A stretch of 64,000 nt of DNA from an uncultured delta proteobacterium. GTDB lineage: Bacteria; Myxococcota_A; Polyangia; Polyangiales; Houyiibacteriaceae. The notes under the pieces were generated by a model, which did not search any database, was not told the origin of the DNA, and was given only the letters and a program-made list of their open reading frames with translations. The position numbers and the translations under genes are program-made. The stretch is from positions 1,312,001-1,376,000 of the forward strand of contig CAVOVB010000001.1 in NCBI GenBank assembly GCA_963699755.1. The letters run 5' to 3'. Below are positions 20,063 through 30,700 of the stretch, piece by piece; position 1 is the stretch's first letter; each line of letters opens with the position of its first letter.

Positions 20063-21775
20063 ATGCGGAAGATTTGCCTTCGCTGCGGTTCGAAGTTTGG
20101 GAGCCGAGCGGAATACTGTCCACACGATGGCAGCCAGCTCGTGACGGACGATGAGATTGTCGATCCGTTGCTCGGTAGCGTCTTGCTCGAGCAGTTTCGC
20201 ATCGATGAGCAAATTGGTACCGGCGGGATGGGCACGGTCTATCGCGCCCACCAGACCACGGTGGGCCGCGACGTGGCGATCAAGGTCTTGAGGCCTGAGC
20301 TTGCGAGGGATGAGCAGGCCGTCTTCCGATTCGAGCGTGAAGCCCGCGTGGCGATCTCGCTCGACCACCCGAATCTCGTGCGCGTGTTTCTTTCCGGACG
20401 TCTAGGCGATGGAAGGCTCTACATCGTGATGGAGCTGCTCGAAGGCCGATCGCTTGCGGAGGAGCTTGAAGATAATGACCTGCTGTCGCTCGAGCGGGCC
20501 CTGATCATCATCATGAAGCTTTGCGCCGGCCTCGGTGCGGTCCATGCGGCTGGCATCGTGCATCGAGACATCAAGCCCGAGAACGTCTACTTGGTGAAGC
20601 GCGGTCGGGATGAAGACTTCGTGAAGCTCGTCGACTTCGGAATCGCCCGCGTGCTCCAAGCAGAGGGGATCGGGCCGACGACGACACAGAGCGGCCGGGT
20701 CTTCGGAACGGCCACCTACATTTCACCAGAGGCGGCGACCGGTGGGGAGACCGACCAGCGGAGCGACATCTATTCCTTGGGCGTCCTGACCTATCAACTT
20801 CTGACGGGTACGCTCCCGTTCGAAGGCAAGACCGCCGGCGCGGTCCTGATGCAGCACGTGCACCAGGAGCCGCCCATGCTCCAGACCAGAGGCCGGGGCG
20901 CCAGAGTTCCAGATGACCTCGCACAGGTGGTGATGCGCGCTCTCAGCAAGGATCCCGATGCGCGACAGCAAAACTTGGCGGCGTTCCTCGACTCGCTGGC
21001 GGAAGCTGCGGGGAACGCTGGCTTGTTGCGCGACGCGCGGGCCTTGCTCATTGGCACCATCTGGGGCGAGGAGCTTGCGTCGCCTGGCTCGTATCTCGGT
21101 GAGCTTCTCGGGTCTAGCTCGCTGCCAAGCTCGCCATCTTCTCTAGCGGCGACGCAGCCCGTCTCGGTCCCGCGGGATCCGGACGATGAAGAGCTTCTTT
21201 CGTCAGCCCCCCAGCCATTTGGCACCACCTCGCACGAGCTCGAGATTCTGTCGGGGCCCAAGCGCCGAGCAGTTGGCTGGCTCTGGGCCTCACTGGGCCT
21301 GCTGGCTTTGGTATTCGGCGGTGTCGTCGCCGGTACTTGGTGGTGGAAGCGCCCGCCGGCCGCGGTCGCCGACGGGCAGAAGGCCGAGCCGATCGAAGCC
21401 GCACCGATCGCGGTGCCAGCGGACGCTGCAATTGTAGAGGTCGGGACCGACGCGGTCCTCGGGGAAGCGCCCCCGCCAGAGGAGCCACTGGTCGAAGAGG
21501 TCGAAGTTCAGGAAGCGCCGACTGTGGAGCCTGAGCCCGAATCGGGGAAGGCGAAGCCGAAGAAGAAGCGGAAAAAGCCGGTGAAGAAGACGGCGCCAGC
21601 GCCAAAGTCAGCGCCAGTGCTACTCCCGGATTCAGCGCCCGAGCCAGTGCCCGAACCCGACGACGGGATCGATTGGACGGTGCCAGACTTTCCCGAACAG
21701 CCGTCACCTCCCACTGGGACGCCCGACGCCCCCGCGCGCAATCCGGTCGTCATCGACGAACCGCCCGGGCAATAA
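20063..21775 (+). CDS. Membrane Ser/Thr protein kinase with N-terminal Zn-ribbon
   Basis: CLRC...CPHDG; IGTGGMGTVY, VAIK, HRDIKPEN, DFG, YISPE; one TM; Pro/Glu/Lys-rich tail. Confidence 0.93.
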   Translation: MRKICLRCGSKFGSRAEYCPHDGSQLVTDDEIVDPLLGSVLLEQFRIDEQIGTGGMGTVYRAHQTTVGRDVAIKVLRPELARDEQAVFRFEREARVAISLDHPNLVRVFLSGRLGDGRLYIVMELLEGRSLAEELEDNDLLSLERALIIIMKLCAGLGAVHAAGIVHRDIKPENVYLVKRGRDEDFVKLVDFGIARVLQAEGIGPTTTQSGRVFGTATYISPEAATGGETDQRSDIYSLGVLTYQLLTGTLPFEGKTAGAVLMQHVHQEPPMLQTRGRGARVPDDLAQVVMRALSKDPDARQQNLAAFLDSLAEAAGNAGLLRDARALLIGTIWGEELASPGSYLGELLGSSSLPSSPSSLAATQPVSVPRDPDDEELLSSAPQPFGTTSHELEILSGPKRRAVGWLWASLGLLALVFGGVVAGTWWWKRPPAAVADGQKAEPIEAAPIAVPADAAIVEVGTDAVLGEAPPPEEPLVEEVEVQEAPTVEPEPESGKAKPKKKRKKPVKKTAPAPKSAPVLLPDSAPEPVPEPDDGIDWTVPDFPEQPSPPTGTPDAPARNPVVIDEPPGQ

Positions 21776-21784
21776 GCAGGGCCG

Positions 21785-22300
21785 CTAGGGAGCGGCCCTT
21801 CGGTCTCGCCGAAGGAGCAGGCCCCAGAGACGATTGAAGGGGTGCACCCGGTCGACGCGCTCGCCACCGCGGTAGATGGGTCGGTCTTGATTGGCCCAGT
21901 CGAAGAGACCTCCTTCGAGGTTGTAGACGTTTCGAATTCCGGCGCGCTCCAGGTCTTCGATGATCGCCGCGCTTCGATAGCCGATCGAGCAGTAGACGAC
22001 GACCTTGGCATCCTCCGGAATCCTCAGCCCGGCGATGTTCGGACTGCCTGGGTCCAAGGCTTGTGCGCCGCGCAGCTGGCTTAGTGCCTGCTCCTCTGGA
22101 TTGCGCACGTCGAGGAGAACCAGCTCGTTCGCATCCGATTCTCCCATCCAACCAAGGAGCGTTTCGGGCTCGACCCAGCGCACGTCGGGAAAACGTACGG
22201 AGATCAAAGCCCTCCAAGCGCTCGCGCTTCTCGCCGCCATTGCAAACGACATCGTGATGCCGAGGACTAGCACGGCGACCCATGCGGAGCGACGGTTCAA
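21785..22300 (-). CDS. Rhodanese-like domain protein
   Basis: [38 protein letters not shown]. Probable TTG start overlaps the upstream stop. Confidence 0.85.
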   Translation of the reverse strand: MNRRSAWVAVLVLGITMSFAMAARSASAWRALISVRFPDVRWVEPETLLGWMGESDANELVLLDVRNPEEQALSQLRGAQALDPGSPNIAGLRIPEDAKVVVYCSIGYRSAAIIEDLERAGIRNVYNLEGGLFDWANQDRPIYRGGERVDRVHPFNRLWGLLLRRDRRAAP

Positions 22301-24336
22301 ACCGCCTCCAACTGCTCCGCGAGCTCTCTGGGACTCGTCACCGGGGCCCGACAAAGAAACTGCCGGCAGACGTACGCGGTTGCCTTGCCGTCGATCTGGC
22401 TGCGATTGGCGAGGAGAGGCACAGGCGCATCTTCGCCACCGGGCCCAGCGGCGATGACTTGAAACGGCCGGTACCCGGTTTGCAAGACCGCAAGCAAGGG
22501 CCTGAGCTCGTCTCGAGTGCCAATCAGCGCGATCTCGCGCGGCTCGGCGAGGATGAAGCTGGTGGCATTGAGCCATTGTGCGAAACCCGAAGGATATTGG
22601 CTCATGAACTTGGTCATGGTTGCGACGCTTCGCTCAGCGACCTGCCAGTATTCGCCCTTGCCCGTCAGCAGGCTGAGCCTGAGCAGCACGGTAGCAGCCA
22701 TCGAGCTCGCGCTTGGCACGGCGTTGTCCTGCAAATCCTTGGGACGGTGAATCAGCTGCTCATGGTCGTCCGAGGTGTCGAAGAACCCGCTATTGTTCAA
22801 GTCGCGAAAATGGCCGAGCATCAGCTCCGCCAGCTCCCGCGCCCAGTCGAGCCAGCGCGGCTCGAAGGTCGCCTCGTAGAGCGCCAGCAGGCCATCGGCC
22901 AGAAAGGCATAGTCTTCGAGGTAGGCGTTGTACTTCGCGTCTGCACCGGCTTTCCAAGTTCGGAAGAGACGGCCCGACTCACGCCGCATCGTGCGATACA
23001 CAAACTCGCCGCTCGACCTGGCGGCTGCGATGTAGTCGGGTCGGTCGCAGGCTTTCCCCGCCTCGGCCAGTGCAGAGAGCATCAGCCCGTTCCAAGAGGT
23101 CAGGACTTTGTCGTCGAGCCCGGGCCAGGTTCGCTTGGAGCGGAGCTCATAGAGCTTGCTGCGAGCGGCCGCCATGCGCGCCCTCAGGCGCCCGGCATCG
23201 ATCCCCAGCTGCGCCGCGAGGGCATCCGAGTCGAGATGCAGGTTGAGGATGTTCTTTCCTTCCCAGTTCCCCTGATCGGACACGCCGTACATCCGCATGA
23301 AGGTGTCGGCATCCTCGCCCAGCGCGTCGCGAATCTCGTCGGCCGACCAGACGTAGAACTTCCCTTCGACGCCTTCGCTGTCGGCATCCTGGCTGCTGTA
23401 GAAGCCGCCGTCTTCGTGGCGCATCTCGCGCAGGACGTAGTCGAGCGTTTCCTCGGTGATCCGGAGGTAGAAATCATTGCCCGTGATCTGCCAGGCGTGA
23501 AGGTAGACGCGCGCGAGCTGGGCATTGTCATACAGCATCTTCTCGAAATGCGGGACGAGCCAACGATGGTCGACCGAGTATCGCGCGAAGCCGCCCCCAA
23601 GCTGATCATAGATCCCCCCCTGCGCCATCTTGCGAAGACTGCCCTCGGCCATCTCGAGGGCGTTGGAGTCGCCTGTGCGAACGAATTCTCTGAGCAAGAG
23701 CTCGATCGTCATGGCCTGGGGGAACTTGGGGGCATCGCCGAAGCCGCCCCAGCTCGCATCGAAGCGCTGTCCCAGGCTTCGCAGTGCGACCCGAAGGATC
23801 TCCGGGTCGAGTGCTTGGGCTTCGAAGCCGACGTCCGAAAGCGCTTGAAGCTGCTCGGCGACTTGGCCGGCGCTGCGGACGACGTTCTCACGGTCCTCGT
23901 TCCACGCCTTGGTGATGCCGGTTAGAATCTGCCGGAAGCTGGGCATCCCGTGGCGTGGCTCGTTCGGGAAATACGTCCCCGCATAGAACGGCTTTCCATC
24001 CGGTGTGAGAAAGACCGTCATCGGCCAGCCGCCACGACCGATCATCGCGTTGACCGCCTGCATGTAGATGCTGTCGATGTCGGGACGCTCTTCGCGGTCG
24101 ACCTTCACGTTGACGAAGTCGGCGTTCATCTGCGCTGCCGTGGCTTCGTCTTCGAACGACTCGTGCGCCATGACGTGGCACCAGTGGCACGCCGCATAGC
24201 CGATGCTGAGCAGGATGGGTTTGTCTCGGTCCTCGGCGAGCCGCATCGCTTCTTCGCCCCAAGGGTACCAGTCGACGGGATTGCGGACGTGCTGAAGGAG
24301 ATAAGGGCTCGTTTCGTTCTCAAGATGGTTCGCCAT
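22297..24336 (-). CDS. YyaL/SSP411 thioredoxin-domain protein (DUF255)
   Basis: [52 protein letters not shown]. Confidence 0.95.
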   Translation of the reverse strand: MANHLENETSPYLLQHVRNPVDWYPWGEEAMRLAEDRDKPILLSIGYAACHWCHVMAHESFEDEATAAQMNADFVNVKVDREERPDIDSIYMQAVNAMIGRGGWPMTVFLTPDGKPFYAGTYFPNEPRHGMPSFRQILTGITKAWNEDRENVVRSAGQVAEQLQALSDVGFEAQALDPEILRVALRSLGQRFDASWGGFGDAPKFPQAMTIELLLREFVRTGDSNALEMAEGSLRKMAQGGIYDQLGGGFARYSVDHRWLVPHFEKMLYDNAQLARVYLHAWQITGNDFYLRITEETLDYVLREMRHEDGGFYSSQDADSEGVEGKFYVWSADEIRDALGEDADTFMRMYGVSDQGNWEGKNILNLHLDSDALAAQLGIDAGRLRARMAAARSKLYELRSKRTWPGLDDKVLTSWNGLMLSALAEAGKACDRPDYIAAARSSGEFVYRTMRRESGRLFRTWKAGADAKYNAYLEDYAFLADGLLALYEATFEPRWLDWARELAELMLGHFRDLNNSGFFDTSDDHEQLIHRPKDLQDNAVPSASSMAATVLLRLSLLTGKGEYWQVAERSVATMTKFMSQYPSGFAQWLNATSFILAEPREIALIGTRDELRPLLAVLQTGYRPFQVIAAGPGGEDAPVPLLANRSQIDGKATAYVCRQFLCRAPVTSPRELAEQLEAV

Positions 24337-24360
24337 GGGCTCGTCGGAGTCTGTGTGGCT

Positions 24361-24549
24361 CTAGGCGCTCCGGTCAACAGTGGTGGATACGCGGCGGGTG
24401 ATGACGAAACAAGCTTCGCCCGCCGCGTTGGCCACGACCGTCATTGCCACGGCGGCAGGGCGAAGGGAGGGATCAAGTTCTTCGGACCGAGCGTGAACGG
24501 CTAGGTTGGTCCTGATCTTTGCTCGCAGGTTTTCGTCAGCCCTAAGCAC
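24361..24549 (-). pseudogene. Truncated remnant of a Nudix (CoA pyrophosphatase-like) gene
   Basis: LRPAAVAMTVV...ACFVITRR resembles the N-terminus of NudL/PCD1-type hydrolases, but the ORF stops before the expected H.GQ.ALPGG and Nudix box. Confidence 0.55.
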
Positions 24550-24985
24550 CGGTCGGGTTCATTCGACGAAGCTGGTAACGATTCGACGACACCGCTACGA
24601 CCTGACCGTTGGCGTCTTTGAGCTCACAGTCCCAGTCGTAGTCGGCCTTGCCGGCCTCGTTCGCCTCTTCTTGAGTCTTAGCCGCGTATTCGGGGCTGAG
24701 CCGGACTTCTACCGTGATGTCGCTGGTCGCGGGCTTGAGGAACTTGATCTCCATGCCCTTGATGAGCGGATAGAATTGACTTGCGTCGAAGGTCGAGAGG
24801 AAGATCGCCCCGCCGGGAAGCTCGGCGAGGGTGAAGAGGGCGCCCGCGTACATCGTTCCGACGTGATTGATGTTCGGCTGAAGCGGCATCATCATCTTCA
24901 CGTAGCCTGGCGCGAGCTCCAGAACCTTCACTTCCGTCCGTGCCGCAAACGGAATCGCTTTCTCGATGGCGAATTTTGGATCCAT
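24542..24985 (-). CDS. PaaI/YiiD-like hotdog thioesterase
   Basis: NINHVGTMYAGALFTLAELPGG, EIKFLKPA. Confidence 0.85.
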   Translation of the reverse strand: MDPKFAIEKAIPFAARTEVKVLELAPGYVKMMMPLQPNINHVGTMYAGALFTLAELPGGAIFLSTFDASQFYPLIKGMEIKFLKPATSDITVEVRLSPEYAAKTQEEANEAGKADYDWDCELKDANGQVVAVSSNRYQLRRMNPTGA

Positions 24986-25087
24986 GCGGGCGATATAGCC
25001 CGAAGGCGGCTCAGGGGATAGTGTCGAGGCGTGGTGGTGGGACAATCTGCTGCCGAAGGTGCCCCAGAAGAAGGTACACTTTCCCCG

Positions 25088-25942
25088 ATGCGAAAAGTCC
25101 TCTACGAGCGTGACGGCCGAATAGGCCGCATTACCTTGAACCGGCCCGAGGTGATGAACGCGATCGACAATGAGCTTCCCTCGGAGCTCGCCGAGTGCGT
25201 CGCGCAAGCCAATGCCGACGAGCACGTGCACGTGATCGTTTTGTCGGGGGCCGGCCGCGGCTTCTGTGCCGGCTACGACCTCAAGTACTACGCGGAAGCG
25301 ACCGGTTCGGCGTCGGGGACGCAGGAGATGCCCTGGGACCCGATGAAGGACTACGCCTTCATGATGCGGAACACGGAGCTCTTCATGTCGCTCTGGCGTT
25401 CGTACCGGCCGGTGATCTGCAAGGTACACGGATACGCCGTGGCCGGGGGCTCCGACATCGCGCTCTGCTCCGACCTAATCGTCATGGCCGAGGATGCCCG
25501 CATTGGTTACATGCCGGTGCGCGTCTGGGGCTGTCCGACGACGGCGATGTGGGTGTATCGGCTTGGCCCGCAGCGCGCGAAACGGATGCTCTTCACGGGA
25601 GACAAGATTGACGGCCGCGAAGCGGAGCGAATCGGCCTGGTTCACAAGGCGGTTCCAGCCGAGCAACTTGACGCGGAGGTTGACGCGCTTGCCGAACGCA
25701 TTTCCACTGTGCCCGTCAACCAGCTCATGATGCAGAAGCTCGTCATCAACCAGGCGGTCGAAGCGATGGGCATGCACCAGACGCAAATGTTCGCCACGAT
25801 CTTCGACGGCATCACGCGCCACTCCCCCGAAGGGATCAACTTCAAGCAGCGTGCGGAGCAGCTTGGTTGGAAGCAAGCCGTGCGAGAGCGCGACGACGGC
25901 AGCTTCGACTGGACGAGCAACCGGCCCTTCGAGGAGGGCTAA
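25088..25942 (+). CDS. Enoyl-CoA hydratase/crotonase family protein
   Basis: ITLNRPEVMNA, FCAGYDL, KVHGYAVAGGSDIALCSD. Confidence 0.93.
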   Translation: MRKVLYERDGRIGRITLNRPEVMNAIDNELPSELAECVAQANADEHVHVIVLSGAGRGFCAGYDLKYYAEATGSASGTQEMPWDPMKDYAFMMRNTELFMSLWRSYRPVICKVHGYAVAGGSDIALCSDLIVMAEDARIGYMPVRVWGCPTTAMWVYRLGPQRAKRMLFTGDKIDGREAERIGLVHKAVPAEQLDAEVDALAERISTVPVNQLMMQKLVINQAVEAMGMHQTQMFATIFDGITRHSPEGINFKQRAEQLGWKQAVRERDDGSFDWTSNRPFEEG

Positions 25943-26060
25943 TCGCCGTGACTGCTGACGACCTCCACAAGATCGCGCGTATCAGAACGAATTTCGGCCC
26001 GGGGGCTCAAGTGGCAGCCTCGCATAGCCCAAGCGAAGCTAGCGCTTTATCGTTACGCCG

Positions 26061-26804
26061 ATGCAAGTGATCCCCGTCCCATGCCTGAGTGACAACTATG
26101 CGTACCTAGTGATCGAGGACGGCCAGGCAGCGGTCGTCGACCCGTCCCAAGCTGACCCGGTCTTGAGAGCGATCGACGAGGCCAGAGTCAGGCTCAGCGA
26201 GGTCTGGCTCACCCATCACCACTGGGATCACATCGGAGGGATCGAGCCGCTGATCGAGGAGTGTCCCATCAAGCACATTCGGGGTTCGAAGTACGATGCA
26301 GATCATCAACGAATCCCTCGGCAGACCGATGCCTATTCGGACGGCGATGCTTTCGACTTCGGTGGCAGCACCGTGAACATTCTCGAGATCCCGGGCCACA
26401 CGCTGGGCGCCATCGCCTTTATCACAGAAGGAAACCTCTTCAGCGGCGACACCCTCTTCATCGCGGGTTGCGGTAGGGTCTTCGAAGGCACGATGGAGAT
26501 GATGTCGCAGTCGCTTGCGAAGCTTCGCGACCTGCCGGGGGACACCAAGGTCTGGTGCGGCCACGAGTACACGGTCAACAATCTTCGCTTCGCGAAGACC
26601 GTCGAACCGAGCAACCGCGAAATCGAACGCGCACTCGCAGTGGCAACGGCCACACGTGCGGCAAAGAAGTTCACAGTGCCCGGGCGGCTCGACACTGAGC
26701 GCGCTACCAATCCGTTTCTCCGTTTCGACGAGCCTGCGGTCGCGGCTGGCAGAGACCCGGTCGCCTCATTCACCGCGATTCGCGCAGCCAAGGACAAGTT
26801 CTAG
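26061..26804 (+). CDS. gloB: Hydroxyacylglutathione hydrolase (glyoxalase II)
   Basis: DNYAY, THHHWDHIGG, PGHTLG, FSGDTLFIAGCGR, CGHEYT, TNPFLR, KDKF. Confidence 0.93.
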   Translation: MQVIPVPCLSDNYAYLVIEDGQAAVVDPSQADPVLRAIDEARVRLSEVWLTHHHWDHIGGIEPLIEECPIKHIRGSKYDADHQRIPRQTDAYSDGDAFDFGGSTVNILEIPGHTLGAIAFITEGNLFSGDTLFIAGCGRVFEGTMEMMSQSLAKLRDLPGDTKVWCGHEYTVNNLRFAKTVEPSNREIERALAVATATRAAKKFTVPGRLDTERATNPFLRFDEPAVAAGRDPVASFTAIRAAKDKF

Positions 26805-26806
26805 CC

Positions 26807-28954
26807 ATGAACCCTCCGCGCACGCGAAGGGCTAGCTGGGCTCGCGACGAAAACGGTATTCCCCAAATCATGGCCCAGGACATCCAAGGTCTCTACTGGG
26901 GCATGGGGTATTGCCACGCCATGGATCGCGGCCTGCAGATGCTGATCATGCGGATCCTCGGGCAGGGCCGGGCCGCAGAGCTCCTCGATGGAAGCGACGA
27001 GATGGTAGAGGTGGATAGGTTCTTTCGGCGCATGAATTGGAGTGGCGGGATCGCCAAGCAAACCAAGAAGCTCAGCACCGAAGCCCGCATCGCTTGCGAA
27101 GCTTATTGCGACGGCGTGAACGCGCGTTTTTCTCAGTCGTCGCCCTGGGAGCTCAAGCTCGTGGGGGTCCGGCCCGAGCCCTGGACCATTGCAGACAGCT
27201 TGTTGTTGGCGCGGATGACGGGCTTTCTCACCTTGGCACAGTCACAGGGCGAAGTGGAGCGGCTCTTCGTCGAGATGGTTCAAGCTGGCATAGGCGAGGA
27301 GCATCTCGAGGCGCTCTTTCCGGGAAGCACCGACGGGCTCGACCGAGCCATGGTGAATCAGGTCGAGCTCAATGAGCGCGTCGTTCCCGAGGTCGCCAAA
27401 TGGGGAGTCGCTGCGCCGCGGATGATGGCGTCGAACAACTGGTGCGTGTCGGGCTCACGGACGGCTTCTGGGGCGGCGATGCTCGGCAACGATCCGCATC
27501 TCGAAACCAACCGGCTACCAAACATTTGGGTCGAGCAGAGCTTTCGCTGGCCCGATGGGTACGCTCTGCTCATGACCATGCCCGGCTTGCCCGCCCCGCT
27601 CGTCGGGCGGAACGAGAACCTGTCCTGGGGCGCAACCTACACCTTTATGGATGCGGTTGATTCCTGGGTCGAGCACTGCCGGGATGGGCAGTTCCGTCGC
27701 GGCGATGGCTGGGTCGATTTCGATCGGCGCGTCGAAACGATCAAGCGAAAGAAGGGCTCGCCAGTCGTCGAAACCTTCTGGGAGAACCTGCACGGCGTGC
27801 TCGACGGTGACGCGACTGCCGAGGGATACCGACTTGCCACGCGTTGGACGGGTTCCGATGGCGGGGCGCAGTCGATCAACGCGCTGCTTCCGATGTGGAC
27901 GGCACGGACGGTGATCGAAGGCATGGCCGCGTTCGCGGTCGTCGAGTCATCGATGAACTGGGTCTTTGCAGACAGTGCCGGTGACATCGGCTACCAGATG
28001 TCGGGCTTGATGCCGAAACGCCGCGACGACTGGTCTGGCTTCGCACCCCGGCCAGGCTGGGACGAGCGCTTCGACTGGAAGGGCTTCGTCCGTCCCGAGG
28101 AGCTGCCTCGGGTCCGCAACCCCCGAGACGGAATGGTCGTTACCGCCAATCAGGATCTCAATCACCTCGGCGTTGCAAACCCGATCAATGCGCCGATGGG
28201 CGACTACCGCGCGCGTCGCATCGCCGAGCTGTTGCAGGAACGCGACGACCACGACGTGGACTCCTTTCGCGCGATACAGCTGGACACCTACTCCATTCAA
28301 GCGGCAGAGTTCCTCGAGATCCTCGCGCCGCTCCTCGGAACGGGGCCCATCGCAGACGCCCTCCGCGATTGGGACTGCCGCTACGAGCTCGAGTCCACCG
28401 GCGCGACCGCGTTTGAGATCTTCTACGCGGAGCTGCTCGTCGAGATGTTTGGCCCAGCGTGCGGCGCGGCGGTCGTCGAGCATCTGCGCGACTCGACCGG
28501 CACCTTCATCGACTTCTACCAGAGCTTCGACCGCGTCCTCGTCGACCCCTCGTCGCCATGGCTTGGCGAGCGCCAGCGCGACGATGTATGGCGGGCCGCC
28601 CTTGCGAAGATCGCTGACCGCCAGCCAAAACCCTGGGGCAAGCGAAACCAGCTCACCCTCAGCAACATGTTCTTTGGAGGCAAGCTCCCCCGCTTTCTCG
28701 GATTCGATCGCGGCCCGATCCCGATCCGCGGCGGGCGCGCAACGCCACACCAGGGTCAGATCTACAACTCCGCCGGGCGGCTCACCTCCTTCACCCCATC
28801 TCTTCGCTTCGTCGCCGACATGAGCACGAGCGTCCTGCACACCGCGCTCTGCGGAGGTCCCTCCGACCGTCGGTTTTCCAAATGGTACACTAGCGGGATT
28901 GCCGGCTGGCTCACTGGTGAGCTGAAAATTCGAAAGCCACCGACCCAAGGCTGA
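26807..28954 (+). CDS. Penicillin acylase family Ntn hydrolase
   Basis: RDENGIP, MGYCHAMDR, ASNNW nucleophile, NDPHL, TANQ, GGPS; no signal peptide. Confidence 0.9.
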   Translation: MNPPRTRRASWARDENGIPQIMAQDIQGLYWGMGYCHAMDRGLQMLIMRILGQGRAAELLDGSDEMVEVDRFFRRMNWSGGIAKQTKKLSTEARIACEAYCDGVNARFSQSSPWELKLVGVRPEPWTIADSLLLARMTGFLTLAQSQGEVERLFVEMVQAGIGEEHLEALFPGSTDGLDRAMVNQVELNERVVPEVAKWGVAAPRMMASNNWCVSGSRTASGAAMLGNDPHLETNRLPNIWVEQSFRWPDGYALLMTMPGLPAPLVGRNENLSWGATYTFMDAVDSWVEHCRDGQFRRGDGWVDFDRRVETIKRKKGSPVVETFWENLHGVLDGDATAEGYRLATRWTGSDGGAQSINALLPMWTARTVIEGMAAFAVVESSMNWVFADSAGDIGYQMSGLMPKRRDDWSGFAPRPGWDERFDWKGFVRPEELPRVRNPRDGMVVTANQDLNHLGVANPINAPMGDYRARRIAELLQERDDHDVDSFRAIQLDTYSIQAAEFLEILAPLLGTGPIADALRDWDCRYELESTGATAFEIFYAELLVEMFGPACGAAVVEHLRDSTGTFIDFYQSFDRVLVDPSSPWLGERQRDDVWRAALAKIADRQPKPWGKRNQLTLSNMFFGGKLPRFLGFDRGPIPIRGGRATPHQGQIYNSAGRLTSFTPSLRFVADMSTSVLHTALCGGPSDRRFSKWYTSGIAGWLTGELKIRKPPTQG

Positions 28955-28962
28955 CGGCCGGG

Positions 28963-29775
28963 TCAGGCGCGCATCTTATCGATCGATCGCTTCATGATCG
29001 AAAGCATCCACGCTCTCGGCAAGAGCTTCGAGAGCAGGCCGGCAGACATACGGTCGGCCCATGTCGGGAGCAGCGCGGGTTGCTTGCCAAGGGCACGGAG
29101 CGCGCCGAGCGCGACAGGCTCGGGTCGATGGAGAGGGATGTAGAACGGCAAGTCCTTCTCGAGGTTCTGATCCTGGACGGGCTTGGTCTCGGTCATCCCC
29201 GGACAAACAGCGAGCGTGTCGACACCGCTGCCGCGAAGCTCGGACCAGAGGCCGCAAGCGAGGTTCAAACCGTAGCCCTTGGTGGCGGCGTAGTGACAGA
29301 AGTAAGGCGAGCCGGAGAGCCCAGAGGCCGACGAGACGATGATGATCCCGCCACGGCCGCGTGAAGCCATGGTTTTGCCGATGACGTGGGTCAGCACGAG
29401 CGTCGCTCGGCAGTTCAAGTCCAGGGTCGCCAAATGTGCGTCCAACGAGATGTCGAAGAAGGGATCGAGCAGGGAGATCCCGGCGTTGTTGACGAGAAGC
29501 CCAATTTCGAAGCTGTCCACCCACTGATTGGCTTTCTCGTCGAGGCCGGGCCGGGACAGGTCACAGATCAGCGCTCGCGCATCGATCCCGTGTGCCGCGC
29601 TCAGCTCCTCGGCGAGCGCGATCGTCTCGTCGCCCTCTTGATCGACCAGCAAGAGGTCGAAGCCGTCGGCTGCAAGATAGCCGGCGAACGCACGTCCGAT
29701 CCCCCGCGCCGCTCCGGTCACGAGTGCGTAGCCTCCGTAGCGGGCGTGGAGCCCGAGCTGCAGCGAGTCTCCCAA
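28963..29775 (-). CDS. Short-chain dehydrogenase/reductase
   Basis: TGAARGIG, LVNNAG, YAATK. Confidence 0.92.
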   Translation of the reverse strand: MGDSLQLGLHARYGGYALVTGAARGIGRAFAGYLAADGFDLLLVDQEGDETIALAEELSAAHGIDARALICDLSRPGLDEKANQWVDSFEIGLLVNNAGISLLDPFFDISLDAHLATLDLNCRATLVLTHVIGKTMASRGRGGIIIVSSASGLSGSPYFCHYAATKGYGLNLACGLWSELRGSGVDTLAVCPGMTETKPVQDQNLEKDLPFYIPLHRPEPVALGALRALGKQPALLPTWADRMSAGLLSKLLPRAWMLSIMKRSIDKMRA

Positions 29776-29785
29776 GTCGTCCTCC

Positions 29786-30700
29786 TCAGCTCGTGGTCAG
29801 TCGTCCCTTCGCACGAGTGCGGTCATGAATCCAGAAGAGAAGCCAGATGACCAAGAGTCCCACGAGGCCGCCCATGCCATAGAACGGAGCGAGCCAAGTT
29901 GGGGCGCCGAACGTGAGGTCGTGCGCGGCAGCTGTCAGAGCGATCATCGTCCCCCGGGTGACCGCGACCGCAATCACCGATTCGCTGCGCACACGGAGAT
30001 AAACGAGAAGCCAGGAAGCGACGATGCACCAGGGAAGGGCGAGCATGACGCTTCCAATGCCTGGCAGAGAGTACAGATTTCCAATCGCCACCGATGGCGC
30101 GAGCCAAAGCCACCAGAGGAGCCCGATCTTGGTCGAGCGCCCCCAGAATCCGCCTGGCATTTCTCTGAAGTAGTAACCGCGAAACGCTATCTCTTCGCAG
30201 AGCCCCGGGATGAGATTGAACGTGAGTCCCGCCGGCATTCCCATGACGATCAAGGTCAAAGGATGCGGTGGTGGGCTGTCGGAGAGGTACTCCTCGAACT
30301 GTGCGAGCTGCTCAGGCGGCACGGCCGAACGCTTGTTCTCGATCAGTTGCTCGACCGTCAGCACCGGATCGAAACCGGCGGCCCAGGTGACCAGCATGCC
30401 GACGAGGAGGATTGCGACCGGAAGCAGCCAGGCGATGCCCCACCATCGGTTGACCGAAAACCGAATACCGAGCGGCTTCAAGATTGGCTGCTTCAACCAA
30501 GGCCCCTGGACGAGCAGAGTCGACACCAGCGCTGGAACGGTGTACCAGAACGAGATCGCTCGACCCGCCGCGCCCGACCATTGCGTCCCGTTGAGCCACA
30601 TGCCGACGACCGGCGTCCAACTGCCGATCGCCATCAGAGCGAACGGAACCCAAATCAGGCGCGCCTTCGTGATTTTCGGGCTCACCGAAAGCGTTTCCAC
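29786..30700 (-). CDS. CPBP/Abi-like membrane protein
   Basis: EEIAFRGY motif, multi-TM, RSES; the usual His motifs are not evident. Confidence 0.7.
   Translation of the reverse strand: METLSVSPKITKARLIWVPFALMAIGSWTPVVGMWLNGTQWSGAAGRAISFWYTVPALVSTLLVQGPWLKQPILKPLGIRFSVNRWWGIAWLLPVAILLVGMLVTWAAGFDPVLTVEQLIENKRSAVPPEQLAQFEEYLSDSPPPHPLTLIVMGMPAGLTFNLIPGLCEEIAFRGYYFREMPGGFWGRSTKIGLLWWLWLAPSVAIGNLYSLPGIGSVMLALPWCIVASWLLVYLRVRSESVIAVAVTRGTMIALTAAAHDLTFGAPTWLAPFYGMGGLVGLLVIWLLFWIHDRTRAKGRLTTS

Noticed and set aside
21480..21775. Pro/Glu/Lys-rich repeats in the kinase tail as a DNA repeat or array
   Set aside because: Low-complexity protein linker with no fixed-length repeat-spacer structure.
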